A stretch of DNA of 64,000 bases from Macrostomum hystrix. Its lineage: Eukaryota > Animalia > Platyhelminthes. The stretch lies in contig CATNEN010000001.1 in NCBI GenBank assembly GCA_950097015.1, positions 3,968,001 through 4,032,000 on the forward strand, given 5' to 3'. Under the pieces are notes generated by a model. The model searched no databases. It saw nothing but the letters and a program-made list of their open reading frames with translations, and was not told the DNA's origin. Positions 51,101-64,000 of this stretch are shown here, piece by piece; within the stretch, counting starts at the first letter, position 1; each line of letters begins with the position of its first letter. The position numbers and the translations under genes are program-made.

Positions 51101-54100
51101 AGTTGACAATGATCCACAAGTAGACAATGATCACTCAGTTGATTATGATCACTCAGTTGACAATGATCACCCAGTTGACAATTATCCCCCAGTCGACAAT
51201 TATCCCCCAGTTGACCATGATCCGCCAGTTGACAATGATCACCCACTTGATAATGATCCCCCAGTTGACCATGATCCCCAAGTTGACAAAGATTCCCAGT
51301 CGACAATGATCCACAAGTTAACAATGATCACTCAGTTGATTATGATCACTGAGTTGATTATGATCAGCCAGTTGACAAGTATCCCCCAGTTGATGATGAT
51401 CCCACAGTTGACAATGATCCACAAGTTGACAATGATCACTCAGTTGATTATGATCACCCAGTTGACAATGATCCCCCATTTGATGATGATCCCCCAGTTG
51501 ATGATGATCCCCCAGTTGATGATGATCCCCCAGTTGATGATGATCCCCCAGTTGACCATGATCCCCAAGTTGACAAAGATTCCCAGTTGACAATGATCCA
51601 CAAGTTGAAAATGATCACTCAGTTGATTATGATCACTCAGTTGACAATTATTCCCCAGTTGACAATGATCCCACAGTTAACAATGATCCCCCAGTTGACA
51701 ATGATCCCCCATTTGATTATGATCCCCCAGTTGATTATGATTCCCCAGTTGACAATTATCACCCAGTTGACAATGATCCCCCAGTTGACAATGATTCCCA
51801 GTTGACAATGATCACTCAGTTGATTATGATCACTCAGTTGATGATGATTCCCCAGTTGACAATTATCACCCAGTTGACAATGATCACCCAGTTGACAATG
51901 ATCACTCAGTTGACAATGATCTCACAGTTGACAATGATCCCACAGTTGACAATGACAATGATTCCCAGTTGACAATGATCCACAAGTTGACAATGACAAT
52001 TATTCCCAGTTGACAATGATCCACAAGTTGACAAAGATTCCCAGTTGACAATGATCCACAAGTTAACAATGATCACTCAGTTGATTATGATCACTGAGTT
52101 GATTATGATCAGCCAGTTGACAAGTATTCCCCAGTTGATGATGATCCCCCAGTTGACAATGATCCCACAGTTGACAATGATCCACAAGTTGACAAAGATC
52201 AGTCAGTTGATTATGATCACTCAGTTGACAATGATCACCCAGTTGACAATGATCCCCCAGTTGATGATGATCCCCCAGTTGATGATGATCCCCCAGTTGA
52301 CAATTATCCCCCAGTCGACAATTATCCCCCTGTTGACCATGATCCGCCAGTTGACAATGATCACCCACTTGATAATGATCCCTCAGTTGACCATGATCCC
52401 CAAGTTGACAAAGATTCCCAGTTGACCATGATCCCCAAGTTGACAATGATTCCCAGTTGACAATGATCCACAAGTTGACAATGATCACTCAGTTGATTAT
52501 GATCACTCAGTTGACAATGATCACCCAGTTGACAATTATCCCCCAGTCGACAATTATCCCCCAGTTGACCAAGATCCGCCAGTTGACAATGATCACCCAC
52601 TTGATAATGATCACTCAGTTGATTATGATCACTGAGTTGATTATGATCAGCCAGTTGACAAGTATCCCCAGTTGATGATGATCCCACAGTTGACAATGAT
52701 CCACAAGTTGACAATGATCACTCAGTTGATTATGATCACCCAGTTGATTATGATCCCCCATTTGATGATGATCCCCCAGTTGATGATGATCCCCCAGTTG
52801 ATGATGATCCCCCAGTTGATGATGATCCCCCAGTTGACCATGATCCCCAAGTTGACAAAGATTCCCAGTTGACAATGATCCACAAGTTGAAAATGATCAC
52901 TCAGTTGATTATGATCACTCAGTTGACAATTATCCCCCAGTTGACAATGATCCCACAGTTGACAATGATCCCCCAGTTGACAATGATCCCCCTTTTGATT
53001 ATGATCCCCCAGTTGATTATGATTCCCCAGTTGACAATTATCACCCAGTTGACAATGATCCCCCAGTTGACAATGATCACCCAGTTGATGATGATCCCCC
53101 AGTTGATGATGATTGCCCAGTTGACAATTATCACCCTGTTGACAATGACAATGATTCCCAGTTGACAATGATCCACAAGTTGACAAAGATTCCCAGTTGA
53201 CAATGATCCACAAGTTAACAATGATCACTCAGTTGATTGTGATCACTGAGTTGATTATGATCAGCCAGTTGACAAGTATCCCCCAGTTGATGATGATCCC
53301 CCAGTTGACAATGATCCCACAGTTGACAATGATCCACAAGTTGACAATGATCAGTCAGTTGATTATGATCACTCAGTTGACAATGATCACCCAGTTGACA
53401 ATGATCCCACAGTTGACAATGATTCCCAGTTGACAATGATCACTCAGTTGATTATGATCACTCAGTTGATGATGATCCCCCAGTTGATGATGATTCCCCA
53501 GTTGACAATAATCCCCCAGTCGACAATTATCCCCCAGTTGACCATGATCCGCCAGTTGACAATGATCACCCACTTGATAATGATCCCCCAGTTGACCATG
53601 ATCCCCAAGTTGACAAAGATTCCCAGTTGACAATGATCACTCAGTTGATTATGATCTCTGAGTTGATTATGATCAGCCAGTTGACAAGTATCCCCCAGTT
53701 GATGATGATCCCCCAGTTGACAATGATCCCACAGTTGACAATGATCCACAAGTTGACAATGATCAGTCAGTTGATTATGATCACTCAGTTGACAATGATC
53801 ACCCAGTTGACAATGATCCCCCTGTTGACAATGATTCCCAGTTGACAATGATCACTCAGTTGATTATGATCACTCAGTTGATGATGATCCCTCAGTTGAT
53901 GATGATCCCCCAGTTGACAATGATCCCCCAGTTACCAATGAACCCCAGTTGACAATTATCCCCCAGTCGAAAATGATCCCCCAGTTGACCATGATCCCCA
54001 AGTTGACAATGATCCCCCAGTTGACCATGATCCCCAAGTTGACAATGATTCCCAGTTGACAATGATCCACAAGTAGACAATGATCACTCAGTTGATTATG

Positions 54101-57100
54101 ATCACTCAGTTGACAATGATCACCCAGTTGACAATTATCCCCCAGTCGACAATTATCCCCCAGTTGACCATGATCCGCCAGTTGACAATGATCACCCACT
54201 TGATAATGATCCCCCAGTTGACCATGATCCCCAAGTTGACAAAGATTCCCAGTCGACAATGATCCACAAGTTAACAATGATCACTCAGTTGATTATGATC
54301 ACTGAGTTGATTATGATCAGCCAGTTGACAAGTATCCCCCAGTTGATGATGATCCCACAGTTGACAATGATCCACAAGTTGACAATGATCACTCAGTTGA
54401 TTATGATCACCCAGTTGACAATGATCCCCCATTTGATGATGATCCCCCAGTTGATGATGATCCCCCAGTTGATGATGATCCCCCAGTTGATGATGATCCC
54501 CCAGTTGACCATGATCCCCAAGTTGACAAAGATTCCCAGTTGACAATGATCCACAAGTTGAAAATGATCACTCAGTTGATTATGATCACTCAGTTGACAA
54601 TTATTCCCCAGTTGACAATGATCCCACAGTTAACAATGATCCCCCAGTTGACAATGATCCCCCATTTGATTATGATCCCCCAGTTGATTATGATTCCCCA
54701 GTTGACAATTATCACCCAGTTGACAATGATCCCCCAGTTGACAATGATTCCCAGTTGACAATGATCACTCAGTTGATTATGATCACTCAGTTGATGATGA
54801 TTCCCCAGTTGACAATTATCACCCAGTTGACAATGATCACCCAGTTGACAATGATCACTCAGTTGACAATGATCTCACAGTTGACAATGATCCCACAGTT
54901 GACAATGACAATGATTCCCAGTTGACAATGATCCACAAGTTGACAATGACAATTATTCCCAGTTGACAATGATCCACAAGTTGACAAAGATTCCCAGTTG
55001 ACAATGATCCACAAGTTAACAATGATCACTCAGTTGATTATGATCACTGAGTTGATTATGATCAGCCAGTTGACAAGTATTCCCCAGTTGATGATGATCC
55101 CCCAGTTGACAATGATCCCACAGTTGACAATGATCCACAAGTTGACAAAGATCAGTCAGTTGATTATGATCACTCAGTTGACAATGATCACCCAGTTGAC
55201 AATGATCCCCCAGTTGATGATGATCCCCCAGTTGATGATGATCCCCCAGTTGACAATTATCCCCCAGTCGACAATTATCCCCCTGTTGACCATGATCCGC
55301 CAGTTGACAATGATCACCCACTTGATAATGATCCCTCAGTTGACCATGATCCCCAAGTTGACAAAGATTCCCAGTTGACCATGATCCCCAAGTTGACAAT
55401 GATTCCCAGTTGACAATGATCCACAAGTTGACAATGATCACTCAGTTGATTATGATCACTCAGTTGACAATGATCACCCAGTTGACAATTATCCCCCAGT
55501 CGACAATTATCCCCCAGTTGACCAAGATCCGCCAGTTGACAATGATCACCCACTTGATAATGATCACTCAGTTGATTATGATCACTGAGTTGATTATGAT
55601 CAGCCAGTTGACAAGTATCCCCAGTTGATGATGATCCCACAGTTGACAATGATCCACAAGTTGACAATGATCACTCAGTTGATTATGATCACCCAGTTGA
55701 TTATGATCCCCCATTTGATGATGATCCCCCAGTTGATGATGATCCCCCAGTTGATGATGATCCCCCAGTTGATGATGATCCCCCAGTTGACCATGATCCC
55801 CAAGTTGACAAAGATTCCCAGTTGACAATGATCCACAAGTTGAAAATGATCACTCAGTTGATTATGATCACTCAGTTGACAATTATCCCCCAGTTGACAA
55901 TGATCCCACAGTTGACAATGATCCCCCAGTTGACAATGATCCCCCTTTTGATTATGATCCCCCAGTTGATTATGATTCCCCAGTTGACAATTATCACCCA
56001 GTTGACAATGATCCCCCAGTTGACAATGATCACCCAGTTGATGATGATCCCCCAGTTGATGATGATTGCCCAGTTGACAATTATCACCCTGTTGACAATG
56101 ACAATGATTCCCAGTTGACAATGATCCACAAGTTGACAAAGATTCCCAGTTGACAATGATCCACAAGTTAACAATGATCACTCAGTTGATTATGATCACT
56201 GAGTTGATTATGATCAGCCAGTTGACAAGTATCCCCCAGTTGATGATGATCCCCCAGTTGACAATGATCCCACAGTTGACAATGATCCACAAGTTGACAA
56301 TGATCAGTCAGTTGATTATGATCACTCAGTTGACAATGATCACCCAGTTGACAATGATCCCACAGTTGACAATGATTCCCAGTTGACAATGATCACTCAG
56401 TTGATTATGATCACTCAGTTGATGATGATCCCCCAGTTGATGATGATTCCCCAGTTGACAATAATCCCCCAGTCGACAATTATCCCCCAGTTGACCATGA
56501 TCCGCCAGTTGACAATGATCACCCACTTGATAATGATCCCCCAGTTGACCATGATCCCCAAGTTGACAAAGATTCCCAGTTGACAATGATCACTCAGTTG
56601 ATTATGATCTCTGAGTTGATTATGATCAGCCAGTTGACAAGTATCCCCCAGTTGATGATGATCCCCCAGTTGACAATGATCCCACAGTTGACAATGATCC
56701 ACAAGTTGACAATGATCAGTCAGTTGATTATGATCACTCAGTTGACAATGATCACCCAGTTGACAATGATCCCCCTGTTGACAATGATTCCCAGTTGACA
56801 ATGATCACTCAGTTGATTATGATCACTCAGTTGATGATGATCCCTCAGTTGATGATGATCCCCCAGTTGACAATGATCCCCCAGTTACCAATGAACCCCA
56901 GTTGACAATTATCCCCCAGTCGAAAATGATCCCCCAGTTGACCATGATCCCCAAGTTGACAATGATCCCCCAGTTGACCATGATCCCCAAGTTGACAATG
57001 ATTCCCAGTTGACAATGATCCACAAGTAGACAATGATCACTCAGTTGATTATGATCACTCAGTTGACAATGATCACCCAGTTGACAATTATCCCCCAGTC

Positions 57101-58631
57101 GACAATTATCCCCCAGTTGACCATGATCCGCCAGTTGACAATGATCACCCACTTGATAATGATCCCCCAGTTGACCATGATCCCCAAGTTGACAAAGATT
57201 CCCAGTCGACAATGATCCACAAGTTAACAATGATCACTCAGTTGATTATGATCACTGAGTTGATTATGATCAGCCAGTTGACAAGTATCCCCCAGTTGAT
57301 GATGATCCCACAGTTGACAATGATCCACAAGTTGACAATGATCACTCAGTTGATTATGATCACCCAGTTGACAATGATCCCCCATTTGATGATGATCCCC
57401 CAGTTGATGATGATCCCCCAGTTGATGATGATCCCCCAGTTGATGATGATCCCCCAGTTGACCATGATCCCCAAGTTGACAAAGATTCCCAGTTGACAAT
57501 GATCCACAAGTTGAAAATGATCACTCAGTTGATTATGATCACTCAGTTGACAATTATTCCCCAGTTGACAATGATCCCACAGTTAACAATGATCCCCCAG
57601 TTGACAATGATCCCCCATTTGATTATGATCCCCCAGTTGATTATGATTCCCCAGTTGACAATTATCACCCAGTTGACAATGATCCCCCAGTTGACAATGA
57701 TTCCCAGTTGACAATGATCACTCAGTTGATTATGATCACTCAGTTGATGATGATTCCCCAGTTGACAATTATCACCCAGTTGACAATGATCACCCAGTTG
57801 ACAATGATCACTCAGTTGACAATGATCTCACAGTTGACAATGATCCCACAGTTGACAATGACAATGATTCCCAGTTGACAATGATCCACAAGTTGACAAT
57901 GACAATTATTCCCAGTTGACAATGATCCACAAGTTGACAAAGATTCCCAGTTGACAATGATCCACAAGTTAACAATGATCACTCAGTTGATTATGATCAC
58001 TGAGTTGATTATGATCAGCCAGTTGACAAGTATTCCCCAGTTGATGATGATCCCCCAGTTGACAATGATCCCACAGTTGACAATGATCCACAAGTTGACA
58101 ATGATCAGTCAGTTGATTATGATCACTCAGTTGACAATGATCACCCAGTTGACAATGATCCCCCAGTTGATGATGATCCCCCAGTTGATGATGATCCCCC
58201 AGTTGACAATTATCCCCCAGTCGACAATTATCCCCCTGTTGACCATGATCCGCCAGTTGACAATGATCACCCACTTGATAATGATCCCTCAGTTGACCAT
58301 GATCCCCAAGTTGACAAAGATTCCCAGTTGACAATGATCCACAAGTTAACAATGATCACTCAGTTGATTATGATCACTGAGTTGATTATGATCAGCCAGT
58401 TGACAAGTATCCCCCAGTTGATGATGATCCCCCAGTTGACAATGATCCCACAGTTGACAATGATCCACAAGTTGACAATGATCAGTCAGTTGATTATGAT
58501 CACTCAGTTGACAATGATCCCCCAGTTGACAATGATCCCACAGTTGACAATGTACCTCCCCTGTTGACAATGATCCCCCAGTTAACAAAGATCCCCCAGT
58601 TGATCATGATCCCCCAGTTATCAATGATCCC
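33159..58631. repeat. 25.5-kb satellite array, 18-bp monomer (consensus CAGTTGACAATGATCCCC; 17-bp variants), ~1,400 monomers, with higher-order repeats
   Basis: Read directly. Marker variants recur at 2919-2920, 2561 and 1814 bp on the left and at 2918, 2953 and 2953 bp on the right. Confidence 0.99.
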
Positions 58632-58632
58632 T

Positions 58633-58832
58633 GAATTGCTTCAGTTCAACCAGCTGTTAAATGGGTACCAGCATCAGCTGGGATACTTGAAAGGTGTGTG
58701 TGGCGTCCCGCCAGTCCATGGACTGAACAGCTATACGCAACCTTCAGATGCGCCGCGCCATAGCTGCAGCTGTGCTGTCGGCTGCACATCTGGCCCAATT
58801 GGGGCAGGTGTAATCAATTATTATTATTATTA
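58633..58832 (+). mobile_element. Family-1 SINE capping the satellite's right end
   Basis: CCAGCTGTTAAATGGGTACC core and (ATT)n tail. Confidence 0.8.
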
Positions 58833-59076
58833 TGGTGGTATGTAATTCTATGGTAATGTGTTTACATAATGGCGGAGTGATTTGGAGAGTCGTCGATTTA
58901 CGCTCGTAAAGCAGGTCGCTCAATTGTGAGGGCGACCGGCATTATGAATTTTGGCGCTGATTCATTTCTTAAATTCTAACAGCAACTGCGCACTTGGTGC
59001 GGCCTCTGATGACAAGATTTTTTGGCTCAGTTGTGCCAGCTCAGTATTATTAACTTATTAAGTATTGTAGACATAG

Positions 59077-61388
59077 ATGAGCCGCCTTCAGGAAAACGAT
59101 CCCAAAAGATTCGATCGTAGGTGAAAGCACTAGCTGTGTCAGCATTATGTTTTGCTGCATAACGTTTAAATTTCGAAATTAAAGAAGTAAGAGTCAACGA
59201 AAATAAATATAAATTTCTAACGCAGTTCAGTATATAGAATATGTCTGACTGTGGCTGCTTAATTGCCGCACAAAGAACGTTTTATTTTCTGTATAAATAG
59301 TAAAAGGATGCATAGCGGGAGAAAAAAGTAAACACCAAGTATCTGTATACATATGGGATAGGCCTGGGATAGGATTTGGATTGCACTCAAACCGGAATTT
59401 TTTGTAGAATTAAATATCTGCAGGGTACTAAATGCAAAGCAACTGAAGAAGTGTGAAATTGAACAGACCAACAGTAAATTACAGAAATAAAAATGGGAAA
59501 GCTTAAAGAGCAATAATAAAAGAGCCCGCCTTTACCTGATAAAGGCACTTTGAGTTTTTCTTTCGTACAAAATGCCTGTTGTGACTATTAATTTGTAAAA
59601 ACTTATTTTCGAATTTATTTCTCACGCCGAACAGTTATATTGCAGTGATTATGCCGCTAAACTAAACAGTACGGCAACAGTTTCATGACGCTCGAACTTC
59701 TGAGGAGCAATCTTAGAATAGACACTAATATCAATGTCATCCGCAGCTTCCATTTCTCGACGCACCTGACCGTGTACCGGGCGTCAGGTGTTCATGGAGA
59801 ATATCTGGAAGAAATTCGGAATGTTTTAAACCCAATTTACATACGAGTATTTATCTGTCTAGAATGATTGCCCTTAATCAAAATTATAAACGTATATTAC
59901 CAAATTTGTAAAGGGATCAGTGTCATTGACAATACAACAACAAAACAGCAACAACAACTGTCATTGACAATGGCAATTAGAAATATATTTACTGATTATT
60001 GTCTACAACCGTAATGGTAGACAATACAATAGCCTGGGGAATTTCATGGTCTAACCCAACTAAATTTTGAGAGATCCAGAGGGGAAGTAAAATACACAGC
60101 AGAGATAAGAGTCTAGAGTCACTAGAGTCTAGACTAGACAAACAAAGCGTTTCTTTAGGGCAAGGACTTCTATAAATAGCATCTATAAATAGATCGATGC
60201 TTGTATTCAGAGGTCCTTGCTTTAGGGTAGCATAGATACCTTACATTTTAACTTGATTTGGCTAGCTGTCTAAAGCGGAGACACGGCCACAATATTTTTT
60301 CCAACAACTATAAGCAACAAAGCGGAAGCGGCCAAGAGTAATATTAACTGGTTCCTCTTAGAGGCTGTGCCAGACACTGGGACAATGAATTTTGATAGCC
60401 GAAATACAACTGAATCCCTAAAGGTAAATCTATGATTCGAGACAGTGACTGGTAGTTCTATGGGAGACAGTGGGTATCTACTAGGAGTATATCAAAATCT
60501 CGTAGATTTTCTAGGTAGCTAGCTTATAGCTAGAAAGACAGTTACTATAGCAACACTTGATTGCGGAGAGTGGCTAGATTGTCTAGCTATGGGACACGGT
60601 GTCTAGATTGATTGTTCACGGGAGACAAGCTAATCGCAAACCCATTTATTCTTACCAGCCCGTCGATGACCTGGGCAGTCTAGACAATTTGGACTTCGCC
60701 GTGATGCGCTGCGAATTCAGTGACCTCCAGTCTTACGAAAGCGCTGCCCTCTTCGATTTGTACAAGCCGGTTGCCAACGAAGATGACACTGGGGCCATGA
60801 GCGCATCGGAGTCCATCTGGTCCATCGGACAGCAACAGCATCCGCAGCAGCGACTGAATGCTTCGGCGATTGATTGCTCCCTTTGCTGGGTTCATTCGCT
60901 TGATCCGCCCACTTCGCATCTCCCAACGCATGTGCAGCCGCCAGGCGTCATAAAAAGAACAAGGAAGAAGCGTGCTGGCATCGGTTAGTGTTTTTGAGCT
61001 GCGAAAATTTAGGATTTGAGAATCTTTAGTATTTAATATTTAACAACAATTAGCTATCAAAACTTAACATTGCCCAACCTCAGACAGGAATTTTTGGCTG
61101 TGGGAGTTTCTGTACCAGTTACTCGAAACTCCGCCTGTCGCTGACCTGTCGCCACCCTGCTTGCGCTGGGAGAACAAGCTGGAGGGCATTTTCCAAATTC
61201 TAAACCCAACCGGCCTAGCAGAGGCGTGGGGCAGTTACAAGCGGCGGGACATGAGCTTTGAAACGATGAAGCGAGCGCTGAGGCATTACTATGAGGACAA
61301 GCTAATCACCAAGACCCACCCAAGAGACAAGCACTTTTACAAATTTCACTTCGACCACGAGAAAGTAAAACTTTTTTTAGAAAAATGA
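59077..61388 (+). CDS. Divergent ETS-domain transcription factor (exons 59077-59120, 59747-59787, 60362-60423, 60659-60983, 61084-61388)
   Basis: Last exon reads WLWEFLYQLL...LRWENKLEGIFQILNP..LAEAWG..K.R.MSFETMKRALRHYY...FYKF. GT-AG introns have mutually consistent phases 2, 1, 0, 1. The first two exons are less certain. Confidence 0.88.
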
Positions 61389-63093
61389 CTGAGACAAAAT
61401 GACACCCAAATCAGAAATCCCATAATTTAATTAATACCTCAGAAATCCCTACATTGCCCTATAAATCACATGATCCAGACAATGACTCAGAATTACATCA
61501 CGTATTGTCTGATTGTCAGTTGCGCTACTTCACTCATGTAAACTATTGTTTCTTACGGCCATGTTTTGTTCTGTTTTCTTGTGTTTTCTCATATTGTCCA
61601 TGCATGACTTATCATCTGTAATTAAGCCTTGATTTTGAAGACATGTAATTGAGACCGACTGTTTCCTATAAAAGTATGAGATCTACGAGTACTTATAAAT
61701 GCTATACTATAAATAAACTAATAGTTGCTGCAATTTATTTCATAAACTAAAAAACAAAAAGCACACTTAACGTTGTTGCGAGTGCAGCCGTGGAACTCTA
61801 TTGACATGACAAGGAGTTCGTGAAGGTCGCTGTCGTTCTCTAACCTGCTTAACTCGGCCAGATGCAGCTAGCCGGGACGCGGGGCCAACTTGTGCTCGAC
61901 GCTGACTGAAATTCCCCATGCTACAGAGGGTTAGATCAATTCATTTATCTCATTTTGAATTCCTAATGTGAATTTAAACTCAAACTGCTTAAGAAGAAAG
62001 TATCTGCATACCTGTACATCCGAGGTAAAAGCTAAGAGCGATGTCTCGTCGGTACATTTTCTGCCGACCACCTTGCAACACACGTCTCAGGATTTTCTGG
62101 AACGGGGAAAACTAAAATTGGAATTTGACAGTATACAGTTTTTGCTTTCGGTTGAAATTTGATCCCTGGTCAACTATGAATTTCAGCTACATTTCAGCAA
62201 GCCTTTAAGGGACAGATGCGATAGCCAGCTATTATATCAAGTCATTCTAAGAAGCTAATTGCATGCATGCATCTTAAGTGCATCTTAAACACAAAGCAAG
62301 GTGCAATAGCTCAATAAATATGTTTGTTGTCGTGCAAAGCTAAAGCAATTTATAAATACTTAATGCATGCAGTGCATGTAATAAATAAACAAGTGTGAAA
62401 TAAATAAAGACACGAAGGCATATATATCCAAAAATGCAGCTTATTAATTGCCGTTGGCGCTTATCTCGATCATATCGTTGGCGCTATAATATCTCATATC
62501 ATAGCTATGACCAGAGCATGAAGCACGAAGTCATAGTTGACCAGAGCATGTTATGCTCTGAAAGGCGAAAAGGAGTTTTAAGGCGCAAATGTTATAACTT
62601 AAAATACGTAATTGTTATTTGGCATGCAACGCAAATATCATTATTTATTAAAAATATGCAACTTTAATAAATGCTTTATCCAATGGCAACAAGGGCATGC
62701 ATCCAACTCTAAGCGAATGCTTGAAGTTGGCTTATGGAATGAGCTGCATGGTTAAACACGAAGTGCGGCACGTACGACAAAAAGACTAACGTTATAGCAT
62801 TTAATAACTGTCATATTAAAGGTGAGTGCATTTTATTGCTTTATTGTAATATTGTGTTAGCATTTGTTGTGTGAATTGCAGCATGTTAAACGACGTGTAG
62901 CTAATGGCTAGAAAGAGATTTAGTTTTACCACCTAGCACCAATATGAAGCTTTTAAAGGAAAGTAAAACCTGCAAAACCGGGTATATCTTTTTTAGGATG
63001 TTTAAAAGCATATTTAAAGAATTGTTAAAAAACTATCAAGAATTGCGAATAACTATTGGTATAAAATAGCAAAAAGTGGTTTAACAAACCTTT

Positions 63094-63297
63094 TTACTTT
63101 TTTCCACCGGAAGGTAGGTGCCGGGGCGGGGTGAAGTTGGTAGATGCCCCGGCACCTACCTTCACCTTCCACGTGCCGCCCTGGCCCACCGTGTGTGGCT
63201 CTATAAGCCACGGTGAGCCAGGGCCCTGCTGCTGCGCCTGCGCCTGCTGCTGCGCCTGTGCCTGCTGCTGCTGGTGCTGCTGCTGCTTAATATCCAT
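63094..63297 (-). CDS. Poly-Gln orphan ORF, paralog of 20434-20820
   Basis: Shared C-terminal ~45 aa with an in-frame indel; different N-terminus. Confidence 0.4.
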   Translation of the reverse strand: MDIKQQQHQQQQAQAQQQAQAQQQGPGSPWLIEPHTVGQGGTWKVKVGAGASTNFTPPRHLPSGGKK

Positions 63298-63310
63298 AAA
63301 TTTCTAGTTT

Positions 63311-63417
63311 CAAGTATCAAGTCGATCAAGTATCAAGTCGATCAAGTATAAAGTCGATTAAGTATCAAGCCGATCAAGTATCAAGTCGATCAAGTATCAA
63401 GTCGATCAAGTCGATCA
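63311..63417. repeat. 16-bp minisatellite CAAGTATCAAGTCGAT (~6.5 copies), absent from repeat copy 1
   Basis: Read directly. Confidence 0.92.
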
Positions 63418-64000
63418 ATTTGAAAGCTGAACAAACGAATTTATACCTGAAATTAAGTGGTTTTTATCAAATTCGTATCTTTTTAATCCAGATCGTATGA
63501 ACAGATCTATGTATGATTATCGATTTTTAAGAGCACTCAGCACTGAAATCTCAGGAATCAAATGAGAAGCAATCAAAAGAATCTCGAAGGAATTAAACAA
63601 ATAAAAGAAATTCAAAGACAGACGAAACAAGACTAGGTTTCGGCAAGAGTGTTCTATTAAATAAATTCAGCTGACTGGTGAGTTACTAGTTTTAATTGTA
63701 GCTCGAACATTTTTTATCAGACTAATTTAAATGGCTAATAGTAATAAGTTTTTCAGCTATTAAAATATTCAACATTATTGAACAGGTACTTATCACACTA
63801 GCTGGAATGGTGGCATTTTTGACTGGCTTAAGGCAGTACTACCTATAGCAACTGCTTTCCTTACATCAGTGCATCTGAGAACTGCTGGTCACATAGTAAG
63901 GGCTTGACTAATCATGATCCTTTTGTGAAATACTTAACACCTAACCCACAATTGATAGCTACTTTCAATTGTAACTCAAATTAATTTTGAGCCATTGGTT

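Larger units (their letters stand above)
61587..64000. repeat. Long direct repeat, copy 2 (runs to the window end)
   Basis: Colinear with 18990-21390. Confidence 0.97.

Noticed and set aside
33159-58631. CRISPR-like array
   Set aside because: Contiguous monomers with no unique spacers, no cas genes and a eukaryotic context.
33118-58845. Hundreds of ORFs (MIPQLT, VDNDPP, GDHCQL, WGIIVN repeats) as a giant repetitive protein
   Set aside because: They arise from the 18-bp period. Frequent 17-bp monomers shift the frame every few hundred bases, and no splice structure rescues it.

Overview
Repeat-rich animal (invertebrate-like) nuclear DNA with spliceosomal introns; no prokaryotic features. The first 17 kb is a nest of mobile DNA: a full-length but inactivated 6.2-kb RNase H-bearing LINE (LOA/R1-group-like, 12-bp TSD), a ~100-bp 5'-truncated sister insertion, an intron-containing Tc1/IS630-like transposase relic, a solo LTR and Gypsy integrase debris. 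From about 17.6 to 64 kb there is an unusual gene cluster. It holds a spliced CACTA/EnSpm (CMC)-type transposase, and next to it an intact 4-exon SETD8/PR-Set7-like methyltransferase with both active-site tyrosines replaced by Phe and two BET-ET-binding-like motifs. These are followed by a 25.5-kb 18-bp satellite with ~2.92-2.95-kb higher-order repeats and a divergent 5-exon ETS transcription factor. The cluster also has duplicated orphan genes, reused promoter-like cassettes and a >=2.4-kb direct repeat at both ends. The leading hypothesis (inference; termini not established) is a giant EnSpm-like cargo transposon carrying its own chromatin writer, transcription factor and satellite.
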